A stretch of 64,000 nucleotides of DNA from an uncultured Pseudomonadales bacterium. GTDB lineage: Bacteria > Patescibacteriota > Microgenomatia > UBA1400 > UBA12028. Position numbers and translations under genes: made by a program. The notes under the pieces are model-generated. The model had not been told where the DNA came from. It saw only the letters and a list, made by a program, of their open reading frames with translations, and made no database searches. Positions 17,898 through 27,039 of this stretch are shown here, piece after piece (positions within the stretch are counted from its first letter, which is position 1; the number at the start of each line of letters is the position of its first letter). The stretch lies in NCBI GenBank assembly GCA_964635905.1, contig CAZWPK010000003.1:2459-66458 (forward strand), written 5' to 3'.

Positions 17898-20351
17898 ATG
17901 GGTGAAAAAACTCTGGTTAATAACCATAAGAATCTATTCAGTTGGGTCGGAAAACCCCTATACTACCTACTATTATTAGTGGGGTTTATAATAGGAACGA
18001 TAATTTTTCTCTGCGTTAAATTCAGTTCGCGAATAATCCCAATCATCGTTTCGTCCAGTCGTTCTTTTTTCCACTTCGATCGGGAAATCTATCAGACTTA
18101 TAAGATTAAAACCCGCGGTGTTCTCCAGAATACTCGAGAGGGTGTTTTTTGGACACTGCAGCAGTTATTTCGGGTGACACGAAGAGTCCCTTCCTATACC
18201 CGTCATCTTTTTTCTCGTCCACTCTTCTCCCACCCCTACCTACTGCTCTTTAATAAAATCTGGTTACCTTTGGCAGTGTTCGGTATTGTGACTCTTTCAA
18301 TTGGTAATGTTTTTTTTGGCATCTATGATGGCGTTGTAAAGAACCTTCCTCAAGCATCGTTGCTACGCACTCATACGCCTCCGCTAACAACAAGAATTTA
18401 TGACCGCAACGGAATCTTGCTCTATAGCATTTTTAAAGATGAGAACAGAAGCTTGATCAAACTCTTTGAACTTCCTTCCTACCTCCCACAAGCATTCGTA
18501 TCCATGGAAGATCAGGAGTTTTTTGAGCATAAGGGAATATCATTTAGAGGACTAGCTCGAGCAGCTCAGGTTTTCTTTTTTGAACCGTGGCATACGGAAG
18601 GTGGCTCCACCATAACCCAGCAACTTGTAAAGAACATTTTTCTTACCAACGAACGAACTTTTTCCCGAAAACTAAAAGAAATGATTATTGCTATTCAAGT
18701 AGAGCGTGAATTTAGTAAAGAAGAAATTCTTGAAATGTATTTAAATGAAGTTTCTTTTGGTGGATCGATTTACGGCGTTGAAGAAGCTGCAAAAACGTAT
18801 TTTGGCAAGCATGCTAAAGAGCTTTCATTAGAAGAGAGTGCGTTTTTAGCAGGACTTCCTCAAGCTCCAAGCGTATACACCCCCTATGGGACGCACCCAG
18901 AATTGGGAATTGCACGGCAACAGGAGGTGTTACGACGTCTATTTGAAGATGGGAAAATCAGCGCGATTCAATTTGAGCAAAGTAAGACCACCCAACTTTC
19001 CTTTGTCCATACTAAAAACGACATCAAAGCCCCACACTTTGTCATGTATGTCCGAGAAAAACTTGCCAAAGAGCTTGGGGAACAGGTTGTGGCTCAAGGT
19101 GGGTTGGAGGTCTATACGACGCTGGATTTAAATCTTCAAACAAAGGTCCAAGATATTGTGACCAAAGAAGTCAATTCTCTAAAAAACTTACGTATCTCCA
19201 ATGGTGCAGCCTTAGTTACCGATCCTCGGACTGGAGAAATTTTGGCCATGGTCGGAAGTAAAGATTATTACGACTCCAAAAATGATGGGCAAGTAAATGT
19301 AACACAGCGACCACGACAACCGGGCAGTGCGATCAAGCCACTCACGTATGCGACCGCTTTTGAACGCGGCTTTACTCCTGCGACCTTAATTGAGGATAGC
19401 CCCCTAACAGTCGCCATTGCAGGCAGTAAGCCATACTCTCCGGTAAACTACGACAACTCGTACCACGGCAATGTCTCCGTGCGTCGGGCTCTGGCTTCCT
19501 CCTATAATATCCCCGCTGTAAAAACGCTTATGAGTATTGGAGTCCCTAATCTCATTGAAAAAGCAAAAAGTATGGGAATTTCTACCTGGACGAACCCTAC
19601 TCGCTATGGACTATCGATCACACTTGGTGCTGCGGAGGTCTATATGACGGATATGAGTGCTGCGTATAGTACGTTTGTGAATGGTGGAGTTACGGTCCCC
19701 CTTCAATATGTAAAAGAGATTAAAGATTCCTCTGGAAAGACCGTTGTCTATAATCCCTGTATCCAAACCAAAGCCCCTTGTGGAGGTAAAAAAACACTCG
19801 ATCCGCGGATTGCATACCAAATTGTCTCAATCTTATCTGATAATGTGGCTAGATCCCCTGCTTTTGGACTCCACTCCGTCCTCAATATCCCGAATCAACA
19901 AGTCATGGTAAAGACAGGCACCACCAATGGTTTGCGTGATAACTGGACTTTTGGCGGAACAACGGAGCGACTCGTGGCAACCTGGGTAGGGAATAATGAT
20001 AACTCTCCAATGAGTAAAGTAACCTCAGGAGTAATTGGTGCGAGTCCAATTTGGTCCAAAATCATGAACCAGCTTCTAGTTGAAAAATCCCCCCATGTGT
20101 TCCCCATCCCTGATGGAATTGTGAAAATGAGTATCTGTGGTTCAAGTGGAAAGATTGCCTGTGGAAACTGTGGTTCATCTTATGATGAATATTTCTTGCC
20201 CGGAACTGAACCGGCGATGGACTGTCGCTATATTGCCCAAGAAGAAAGTCAGAGTCCAGAACTAAAAACCGATGTAAACCACTTTGGGAACGCAACGAGT
20301 AATCCCACTATTGCCCCGCAAGTTAATCCAAGAAATCGTCAATCTCGATAA
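17898..20351 (+). CDS. Second class A penicillin-binding protein
   Basis: EDQEFFEH, GGSTITQQL, RKLKE; SAIK, SYN, KTGTT. Confidence 0.95.
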   Translation: MGEKTLVNNHKNLFSWVGKPLYYLLLLVGFIIGTIIFLCVKFSSRIIPIIVSSSRSFFHFDREIYQTYKIKTRGVLQNTREGVFWTLQQLFRVTRRVPSYTRHLFSRPLFSHPYLLLFNKIWLPLAVFGIVTLSIGNVFFGIYDGVVKNLPQASLLRTHTPPLTTRIYDRNGILLYSIFKDENRSLIKLFELPSYLPQAFVSMEDQEFFEHKGISFRGLARAAQVFFFEPWHTEGGSTITQQLVKNIFLTNERTFSRKLKEMIIAIQVEREFSKEEILEMYLNEVSFGGSIYGVEEAAKTYFGKHAKELSLEESAFLAGLPQAPSVYTPYGTHPELGIARQQEVLRRLFEDGKISAIQFEQSKTTQLSFVHTKNDIKAPHFVMYVREKLAKELGEQVVAQGGLEVYTTLDLNLQTKVQDIVTKEVNSLKNLRISNGAALVTDPRTGEILAMVGSKDYYDSKNDGQVNVTQRPRQPGSAIKPLTYATAFERGFTPATLIEDSPLTVAIAGSKPYSPVNYDNSYHGNVSVRRALASSYNIPAVKTLMSIGVPNLIEKAKSMGISTWTNPTRYGLSITLGAAEVYMTDMSAAYSTFVNGGVTVPLQYVKEIKDSSGKTVVYNPCIQTKAPCGGKKTLDPRIAYQIVSILSDNVARSPAFGLHSVLNIPNQQVMVKTGTTNGLRDNWTFGGTTERLVATWVGNNDNSPMSKVTSGVIGASPIWSKIMNQLLVEKSPHVFPIPDGIVKMSICGSSGKIACGNCGSSYDEYFLPGTEPAMDCRYIAQEESQSPELKTDVNHFGNATSNPTIAPQVNPRNRQSR

Positions 20352-20555
20352 CTATACCCAGAACAAATACGATAAGAACAGAAACACTAGGAGAAAAAGA
20401 AGTGGCAACCATCGGGTAGGATCTTTCGGTTCATCGACACTTTTTTCCCGTTTCATCCGTTTCGATTTTTTTTCAGGCTTTTGTTCTTCTCCATCCGTTT
20501 CTTCAATTTCGTCTTTTTCACCTCGTTTTCGTTTTGTTTTTCCAGGAAGTTTCAT
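20352..20555 (-). CDS. Small charged protein with C-terminal TM anchor
   Basis: ATGA overlap with cmk stop; K/E-rich segment then LPLLFLLVFLFLSYLFW. Confidence 0.65.
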   Translation of the reverse strand: MKLPGKTKRKRGEKDEIEETDGEEQKPEKKSKRMKREKSVDEPKDPTRWLPLLFLLVFLFLSYLFWV

Positions 20556-21256
20556 ACTTGGGTATTTTTCTGTAATAACTCAACTTTTTCAACAATAGCC
20601 GCAACTACTGCTTCAATAGATAGTGTGGTAGTATCCAAAACCCAGGCACCAGGAACCATTTGTAATGGATCTACGTCCCGTTCCATATCTCTTTTGTCAC
20701 GGTTCAGAAGATCTGCGTAGACCTGCGCGTAACTAATGTCTTGACCTTTCCCAAGCAGCTCCTCATGACGTCGTCGGGCGCGTTCTTGATCCTGAGCTGT
20801 CAGAAATATTTTCAAATTTGCATCCGGCAATACTCGAAAGGTGATATCTCTTCCTTCCATCACTACACTTTGTGTTTTCGCGATCTCTTGTTGCTGACGA
20901 ACAAGTTCAGCTCGTAAAACTTTATGCGTGGCAACAATCGAGGCTCCCATACTAACAGCTGGTGTTCGAATCGACCAAGAGACATCTTCTCCGTCAAGGA
21001 GAACGGTGCATTGACGACCATCGTTTTCTTCCTCAGTAGGGGGTCGCATGGAAATTTTGTGTTGGGTCACAATTTTCAACACCTTTGTATCATCTTCAAA
21101 CGGAATGGAGTTTCGATGCGCAAGGAGAGCAGAAACTCGATACATCGCTCCCGTATCAACGTACAAAAAACCTAAACGTTTGGCTACCAGCCGAGAGACA
21201 GTCCCTTTACCTGCGGCTACTGGCCCATCAATTGCAATCTGAAAAATTGACGACAT
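20552..21256 (-). CDS. cmk: Cytidylate kinase (bacterial type)
   Basis: IAIDGPVAAGKGT, YVDTGAMYR, VMEGRDI. Confidence 0.95.
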   Translation of the reverse strand: MSSIFQIAIDGPVAAGKGTVSRLVAKRLGFLYVDTGAMYRVSALLAHRNSIPFEDDTKVLKIVTQHKISMRPPTEEENDGRQCTVLLDGEDVSWSIRTPAVSMGASIVATHKVLRAELVRQQQEIAKTQSVVMEGRDITFRVLPDANLKIFLTAQDQERARRRHEELLGKGQDISYAQVYADLLNRDKRDMERDVDPLQMVPGAWVLDTTTLSIEAVVAAIVEKVELLQKNTQV

Positions 21257-21303
21257 ACAACTGACTATCTTAGCAAACTACCAGAGAGATAAGAAGTCCT
21301 GGT

Positions 21304-22212
21304 TTAGGAGGAAAACGTTAATAGACCTTTTTTAGCTCCCAGGTGTTGAACAACACTAGCGGCATTCTGCGTCCCTCGTAAAATGCATTCTTCAATACTC
21401 ATCTTTAAAAGTCTTCCCCCAACAAATCCACTAATAAACGCATCCCCTGCTCCTAATTCAGATACAGCAATGACTGGTTTTGCTAGATAAGGATAGCTTG
21501 ATCCGTTGGAAGAAACTTCTCCACCTTCTTTGCCTTTGGTAACAATAATTGTAGTTGCAATTTTGTTTAATGCGTCCTGATGATCGTGAATTTCTTCATA
21601 TTCAAGATCATTCACACAGACAATTTGGATACTGTTGTGAAGAACTTCACTTGATTGCAACACGACATCTTTTAGTTCAGCAGCGCTCGGATTCCAAGAA
21701 AGATGGATTCCTTTTTCTTTGGAAAATATGGCGATTTCTCGTACAAGGTCGGCATTCCCTATCGACGAAAGATGAATAGCCTGCACCTGTTCTAGTTGAG
21801 TGAAAGGAATATCTTTGTGTGACAGTTGTTTGGCTGCTCCTCGGAAAGTCATCGCGGAACGTGACCCATCACTTGCAACTAAAATTGCAGACATTCCGGT
21901 TCGTTCTTCTGCTTCTTCAACAATAAAGGATGTATCAACGTGTTCACGCTGTAGCTCGTCAATAATTAATTGCGCTGGGGCATCGATACCAATTTCCGCC
22001 ACGATTCCCGTACTAAATCCTTGTCGAGCAAACGCAACCGCTGTGTTTGTTCCGGCACCACCCGAACACAACATTGCGTCTTCAACATCTATCTTTCCTC
22101 CAGATATTTCACACAACATTAACTCTCCTGCCACTTGATGGGAAGAAAACCGGGAAGAGCGAAGAAGCACATCCAGAACTGCACTCCCAATGGTTACAAT
22201 ATCAAATGTCAT
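21304..22212 (-). CDS. PfkB/ribokinase-family carbohydrate kinase
   Basis: GGAGTNTAVAFARQG, TKGKEG, LGAGDAFISGF. Confidence 0.9.
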   Translation of the reverse strand: MTFDIVTIGSAVLDVLLRSSRFSSHQVAGELMLCEISGGKIDVEDAMLCSGGAGTNTAVAFARQGFSTGIVAEIGIDAPAQLIIDELQREHVDTSFIVEEAEERTGMSAILVASDGSRSAMTFRGAAKQLSHKDIPFTQLEQVQAIHLSSIGNADLVREIAIFSKEKGIHLSWNPSAAELKDVVLQSSEVLHNSIQIVCVNDLEYEEIHDHQDALNKIATTIIVTKGKEGGEVSSNGSSYPYLAKPVIAVSELGAGDAFISGFVGGRLLKMSIEECILRGTQNAASVVQHLGAKKGLLTFSS

Positions 22213-22214
22213 AC

Positions 22215-22856
22215 TTACGCTGACAGTGCTGGAAGCTCTGAACTGTTTCCTTGTCTTCCACGCATTTCGTCTTCAAATTCATCTAAAATATAAAGTAGTT
22301 CCTGGGGAGTTTCTGCAATCTTAAACACACTTCTTTCTTGTTCTCCAAGTAAGAAGTGTTTGAACATTACCTCGATAACTTCATTCCAAAACTCTCCATA
22401 GAGAACAAAAGGTTTGTGATGGCCGTAATATAGATGAGCCAATAACCAAGCTGTCGCCCATTCCGACAAGGTCCCAGTTCCTCCTTTAAAAATGACGAAA
22501 CAGTCTGCGTTGTCCATTAAGGTAAACATTCTCTCGATATAATTTTTGGTTCGGATTTCCTTATGTGCGACGTTGTCTTCCGATCGTCCTTCAAAATTGG
22601 GCATATCTGTTGGGTACATCGTCACCGCGAGAGTATGTCCGCCAACGGAGCGCGCGCCTTGAGTAGCCGCCATCATTAATCCTGGTCCTCCGCCATCAAC
22701 AATCACTTTCCCTTCTTTAGCCAAGAGCTGAGAAACCTTAAATGCTTCTTTATAGACATCGTCGTCTTCGGAGATATCAGCCGATCCAAAAATTGCCACC
22801 CGTTTAAGATACGGTGAATACTTGGGCGTAGGAATATTGGAAGTAATATGCAACAT
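22215..22856 (-). CDS. LOG family nucleotide 5'-monophosphate nucleosidase
   Basis: VAIFGSA, GGGPGLM, IERM, KGGTGTLSE. Confidence 0.88.
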   Translation of the reverse strand: MLHITSNIPTPKYSPYLKRVAIFGSADISEDDDVYKEAFKVSQLLAKEGKVIVDGGGPGLMMAATQGARSVGGHTLAVTMYPTDMPNFEGRSEDNVAHKEIRTKNYIERMFTLMDNADCFVIFKGGTGTLSEWATAWLLAHLYYGHHKPFVLYGEFWNEVIEVMFKHFLLGEQERSVFKIAETPQELLYILDEFEDEMRGRQGNSSELPALSA

Positions 22857-22879
22857 AGAGTTTGAAAGACTCTACCAGT

Positions 22880-23536
22880 CTACTGATTAATTGATAGCTG
22901 TTCAACCGCGGCTTCAAGATTAGGAGCTTCCCAAAGAAAGCTTCCGACCACAAAAACAGAAGCACCTGCTTTGGAACAAAGAAGAATCGTCTCTGCATTC
23001 ATCCCGATGTCTACTGAAATCTCAAATGGAGTTTGTTGTAACTGGGCGATCTTCGTTAATTCTTTAATTTTTGACAGAACTACCTCTCCAGCAAAACGCT
23101 TTCCTTGTGCCCCAGCTTTGTTTCCCATCACTTGTACAACCGAGAGATGTTGCATAATTTGGGGATCTATCTCTTCAACTGGAGTATAGAGATCCAAAGA
23201 GAGACCTGTTTTAAAGCCGTAACTGGAAACATGCTCATAGAAATCTTTTTGAGAGGGCATGTGTTCTATTTGAGCGACAATCGACTTCACACCTGGGACT
23301 TGAGAGCATTCCACCACATCATTAATCGGATCATTGGTCATTAGATGGAATTCAATTTCTAGGTTATTGAGATTTACATCTAGAAAATCGATGGGGGTGA
23401 GCGTGATATTGTCGGCAAACTCCGGATCCACAATATCGATTTGGATTTTCTTAAAAGTTGTTTGTGTATGAATAATGTCTACTTGATGTTGTACTTCACT
23501 TTTTGAATCAGAAAGAATACCAGGGATAATTAACAT
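22880..23536 (-). CDS. rpe: Ribulose-phosphate 3-epimerase (divergent)
   Basis: IQIDIVDPEFADNIT, EFHLM, QVMGNKAGAQG, ISVDIG, VVGS. Confidence 0.85.
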   Translation of the reverse strand: MLIIPGILSDSKSEVQHQVDIIHTQTTFKKIQIDIVDPEFADNITLTPIDFLDVNLNNLEIEFHLMTNDPINDVVECSQVPGVKSIVAQIEHMPSQKDFYEHVSSYGFKTGLSLDLYTPVEEIDPQIMQHLSVVQVMGNKAGAQGKRFAGEVVLSKIKELTKIAQLQQTPFEISVDIGMNAETILLCSKAGASVFVVGSFLWEAPNLEAAVEQLSINQ

Positions 23537-23552
23537 ACATTCCTTTTAGGTG

Positions 23553-24002
23553 TTAGATCGAGTCCTCGATGGTGAGAATTTTGTCTATTCTACGCTGGTC
23601 TTTCTCTTGAGCCAAGAAAGACGTTTGCAAGAAGGCCGTCACAATCTCCTTGGCTTGCTCGATAGAAAGCCAATCTCCTGCAAGAGCTATGATATTAGCA
23701 TCATCATTACTGCGGGCGTGTTTTGCCCCTTCAACGCTATTGACTTGAACGGCTCGAATCCTTTTGGTCTTATTTGCGACGATTGCTACTCCTCCGCCAG
23801 ACCTGCAGATCACAATTCCTTTAGCGTTTTCTGGGTTAGCAACAACTTTAAGGGCAACAGCATGGGCAAAATCTGGATAATCATCCGTTGGATCTAAGCT
23901 GGTTGCTCCCATATCCTCAACAACAGTTCCATCTGTTGTTAACATTTTTTTAAGCTCTTCTTTCAAGAGGAATCCACCGTGATCTGCACCGATATATACC
24001 AT
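23553..24002 (-). CDS. rpiB: Ribose-5-phosphate isomerase B
   Basis: YIGADHGG, DDYPDFA, ICRSGGG, RRIDKI. Start at ATG 24002. Confidence 0.92.
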   Translation of the reverse strand: MVYIGADHGGFLLKEELKKMLTTDGTVVEDMGATSLDPTDDYPDFAHAVALKVVANPENAKGIVICRSGGGVAIVANKTKRIRAVQVNSVEGAKHARSNDDANIIALAGDWLSIEQAKEIVTAFLQTSFLAQEKDQRRIDKILTIEDSI

Positions 24003-24097
24003 ATGGCAGAAGAATAATGAAATTAGGTTCAACAATCAAGTTAGAAAGATCTCATTTTTTAGTTTCTCTTCTCTTGATATACTACGTTTCCTTACGA

Positions 24098-24182
24098 GGA
24101 GAGGTCGCATAGTGGTCTAGTGCCACCGCTTGGAAAGCGGCTGTAGGTTTTCCTAACGAGGGTTCGAATCCCTCCCTCTCCG
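24098..24182 (+). tRNA. tRNA-Ser(GGA)
   Basis: GGAGAGG/CCTCTCC acceptor stem, anticodon loop TT-GGA-AA, long variable arm, GGTTCGAATCC, G73; CCA not encoded. Confidence 0.93.
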
Positions 24183-24284
24183 CAAAAACTATAATCTTCA
24201 ACTCTTTTATCAATACTTTTCTATTCTCCGTTTCTACCACTACTCTTACATTACATAGTCATGCTAGTAGATGAGGAGATCACT

Positions 24285-24680
24285 ATGGCAAATCGACTAG
24301 TTAAAACAGTATTAAACCAAAGTGTTGACGGTGCAGATGTTTATCAAGAAGAGGTTGTTGACAACACTGTGGTGGATCCACAGTCTGCAAGAATATCCAA
24401 AACAAGACAAGTCGTCTGGTTTTTAGGGTATCTCATCTTAACCCTAATTAGTCTTCGTTTTATATTTTTACTATTGGGCGCCAGACGTATAGGCGTTGTT
24501 GATTTTATTTATGATCTAACAGCAGTATTCATTCTTCCATTTAGGGGGGTTTTTCCGTCTAATCAGATTGAAGGGTCGTTTTTTGACTCAGCCTCTCTCC
24601 TTGCATTAGTCATGTACTATCTACTCGTTTATCTATTAGATCAATTGATTCTCTTATTCACAAAGAGGAATATGGTGTAA
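24285..24680 (+). CDS. YggT-like membrane protein
   Basis: LRFIFLLLGA, FIYDLTAVFILPFRGVF; GAGGAG upstream of ATG 24285. Confidence 0.8.
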   Translation: MANRLVKTVLNQSVDGADVYQEEVVDNTVVDPQSARISKTRQVVWFLGYLILTLISLRFIFLLLGARRIGVVDFIYDLTAVFILPFRGVFPSNQIEGSFFDSASLLALVMYYLLVYLLDQLILLFTKRNMV

Positions 24681-24704
24681 AAGTGATCATGGAAATAGAT
24701 TCAA

Positions 24705-25076
24705 TTATTTTGCCTCTTTGGGTTCAGTTTTTCTTCTCTTAATTTTTTCTAATGTGTACATAATGCGTTCGTGCAAATTAATGTTTTTCATACGGGCAAA
24801 CCGTAGGATCGTTACCAACAAGTCTCCGAGCTCTTGATCATAGGATTCATCTGCTTGAGCCGCTAGGTTGGTCTTTTTACGACCATGTTCTGCTAAATAG
24901 GCTCTAGCCATCTCCCCCACTTCTTCCACCAACGACAAAATCATGATTGAGCCATATTCTTCAGAATATCGTTTTCCCTTATCAATATCAGAGAGCAAAT
25001 TAAAATATTCCGAGAACGGGGTTTTATGTAAAGGGAATTTAGTCTTTTTTTTCTTTATTTCTTGAGTATTATCCAT
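24705..25076 (-). CDS. MazG-like nucleotide pyrophosphohydrolase
   Basis: LVEEVGEMA ... QELGDLL (EExxE...ExxD). Confidence 0.85.
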   Translation of the reverse strand: MDNTQEIKKKKTKFPLHKTPFSEYFNLLSDIDKGKRYSEEYGSIMILSLVEEVGEMARAYLAEHGRKKTNLAAQADESYDQELGDLLVTILRFARMKNINLHERIMYTLEKIKRRKTEPKEAK

Positions 25077-25135
25077 AGTTTTTCCACTCCTTTTCCTCTA
25101 TTAATGCACAGGCTTTTCCTTCATTGCACACATCT

Positions 25136-25626
25136 TTTTCCACACGTGTGGATTTCTTTTATATGCATCTACACATACTTATAAACATCTAGCACCATAA
25201 ATTTGTATGCACTTTTCTTGAGTATCTTTCACTCTTCTTCACATTTTACCCACATGCCACATGTAGTACTTATCCAGAGAGCAAAGCTGTCTTTCCCCCA
25301 AAGTTATCCACGCTGTACCTTAGCAGCTCTACCGCTCTTTTTTCTCTTAAAAACCATCAAACCACCATGCTTTTTTCACATGATACGGTTTTTGGAGGAA
25401 AACTTTTCATCTGTGAGAGTTAGGCTGGGTGCTCCCGGCAGGAATCGAACCTGCATCTCAAGCTTCGGAGGCCCACGGTCTATCCATTAGCCTACGGGAG
25501 CAATAGGTGTAGTTTAACATTACCGTGCATTTCTATCTTATCCACATGTTAATAAACTCTGTGTATTACCCTCAACTATAAGAGAGGTTAATAGCGTGTT
25601 AACTGTGGAGAAAAGTGTGTGAATTA
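25136..25626. promoter_or_regulatory. DnaA-box cluster downstream of dnaN
   Basis: TTTTCCACA 25136, TGTGGATTT 25147, TTATCCACG 25304, TTTTTCACA 25372, TTATCCACA 25538, TGTGGAGAA 25604, TGTGAATTA 25618. Confidence 0.75.
25430..25501 (-). tRNA. tRNA-Arg(CCG)
   Basis: Reverse strand GCTCCCG...CGGGAGCA, anticodon loop CT-CCG-AA, GGTTCGATTCC. Confidence 0.93.
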
Positions 25627-26727
25627 GCGTTTAAAAGGCATGACCACTGTTAAATAGTTTTCTTGGTTTTCGGGTAGCAGGATGGCTGGTTTTAATTCTG
25701 AGTTCATACAAAACTCAACTCTGTCAGTTTTCATGTGTAACAAGGCATCGGTTAAAAACTTTGCATTAAACGAAATCTTTTTTGATTCTGTCGCGTTATA
25801 GGTTGAATCTAGGGTGACTTCATTCTCCCCCATGGTTGCACTTGTGGCTGCAACGGTTAGGTTTTTCCCTTCAAGGGTCATCGAAATGATTGAAGAGCTT
25901 TCTCTAGCGACAACCATGGTGGTTTTTAGGGCGTTTAACAAGTCTTGTCGATCAAGGAACGTTCGAATGAGGAATGAAGAAGGAATAATTTGATTATAGG
26001 GAGGGAAATCTCCTTCAGTCAGTCGAATTAGAATCTGAGTCTCCCCTGCCGCCATTCGTACCTGCTGAAGCTCTTTAGATACTCCAAATTCGACTGTGGC
26101 TGGCTTTGTTCGAGCAAGAGCTCTCAACACTTCTAAAAGGGTTTTTGCGTTGATTAAAACGTTAAATCCTTCATTTTCCATTTTCATCGGATAGTTTGAA
26201 ACAACGAGTCGATACCCGTCGGTTGAAACTATCGAGCACTGATCTTTTTGAAATTCGAAATAGACGGAAGCTAATACTGGACGTGTTTCGTCCAGACTGG
26301 CGGCATAGCCCGTTTGCTCCACAATGTCAAAAAAGTCTGTGGCAGGAAATTCCACTTTACTCGTGTTCAATTGGGGAAACGGTGGAAAGTCTGTAGCAGG
26401 AAAAGTTGGTATTTTTGCTTTAGCTCTAGCCTGTGTCAGACAGAGGTTGCCTTCAATAATCTCGCATTCTAGTGGTCCATGTGGCAACGATGAAATAAAA
26501 TCCGTAAACACTTTAGCTGGAACAACACATTCTCCCGACTGTTCTATTTTCCCTCCAATGCTCGTATGAAATCCTACTCGAAGATCAGTTGAACGAATAA
26601 TTAATTGTCCTTCAGTTGCTGAAAGGTAAATTCCTGAAAGGATAGGTAATTGGGGTTTAGAAGATATAAAACGCGATGCGTCCTGTATAGCTTTTAAGAC
26701 ATTTTCTTGTAATACGGTGAAGTGCAT
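25624..26727 (-). CDS. dnaN: DNA polymerase III beta sliding clamp
   Basis: LPILSG, STDL, ETRPVL, STDGYRL, FPPY, SFNAKFL, VVMP. Confidence 0.97.
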   Translation of the reverse strand: MHFTVLQENVLKAIQDASRFISSKPQLPILSGIYLSATEGQLIIRSTDLRVGFHTSIGGKIEQSGECVVPAKVFTDFISSLPHGPLECEIIEGNLCLTQARAKAKIPTFPATDFPPFPQLNTSKVEFPATDFFDIVEQTGYAASLDETRPVLASVYFEFQKDQCSIVSTDGYRLVVSNYPMKMENEGFNVLINAKTLLEVLRALARTKPATVEFGVSKELQQVRMAAGETQILIRLTEGDFPPYNQIIPSSFLIRTFLDRQDLLNALKTTMVVARESSSIISMTLEGKNLTVAATSATMGENEVTLDSTYNATESKKISFNAKFLTDALLHMKTDRVEFCMNSELKPAILLPENQENYLTVVMPFKR

Positions 26728-27039
26728 ACTCTTGCGTTCTTTTTACTTAGATATTAAATAGCAGTAGTTCTAGTAGGCGTGTGGAAATGTGTGTATCGTC
26801 AAAGTATACCAGGTTTAGTTTTCGAAAGACATTCGTGTGTATAGTAGGTAGACAAGTCCACTGAAAACCCTACACAAATGTCATTCGACGGTTGATAAGC
26901 CTAATGATTTTGTAGAACCATTCGGCAAATGTGTAAAGATAACTGTACACTTTCCACTGGGGAAGTGGAAAGACTTATCCCCAACTGTGGAATGTCTAGA
27001 GTAAGAGCTGTGTAATAAAAATGAAAAAAGAAGGATAAC
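26728..27039. promoter_or_regulatory. oriC region: DnaA boxes, GC motif, DnaA-trios and AT-rich tract
   Basis: AT-rich 26741-26758, TAG CAG TAG TTC TAG TAG 26759-26776, GCG, TGTGGAAAT 26780, TGTGTATCG 26790; further box-like sites at 26836, 26975, 26986. Confidence 0.82.

Noticed and set aside
25141-25150. Palindrome CACACGTGTG as a parS site
   Set aside because: Does not match the 16-bp parS consensus; explained by two inverted DnaA-box-like sites.
25203-25490. 95-aa ORF in the mazG-dnaN spacer
   Set aside because: Overlaps tRNA-Arg(CCG) antisense and the DnaA-box array.
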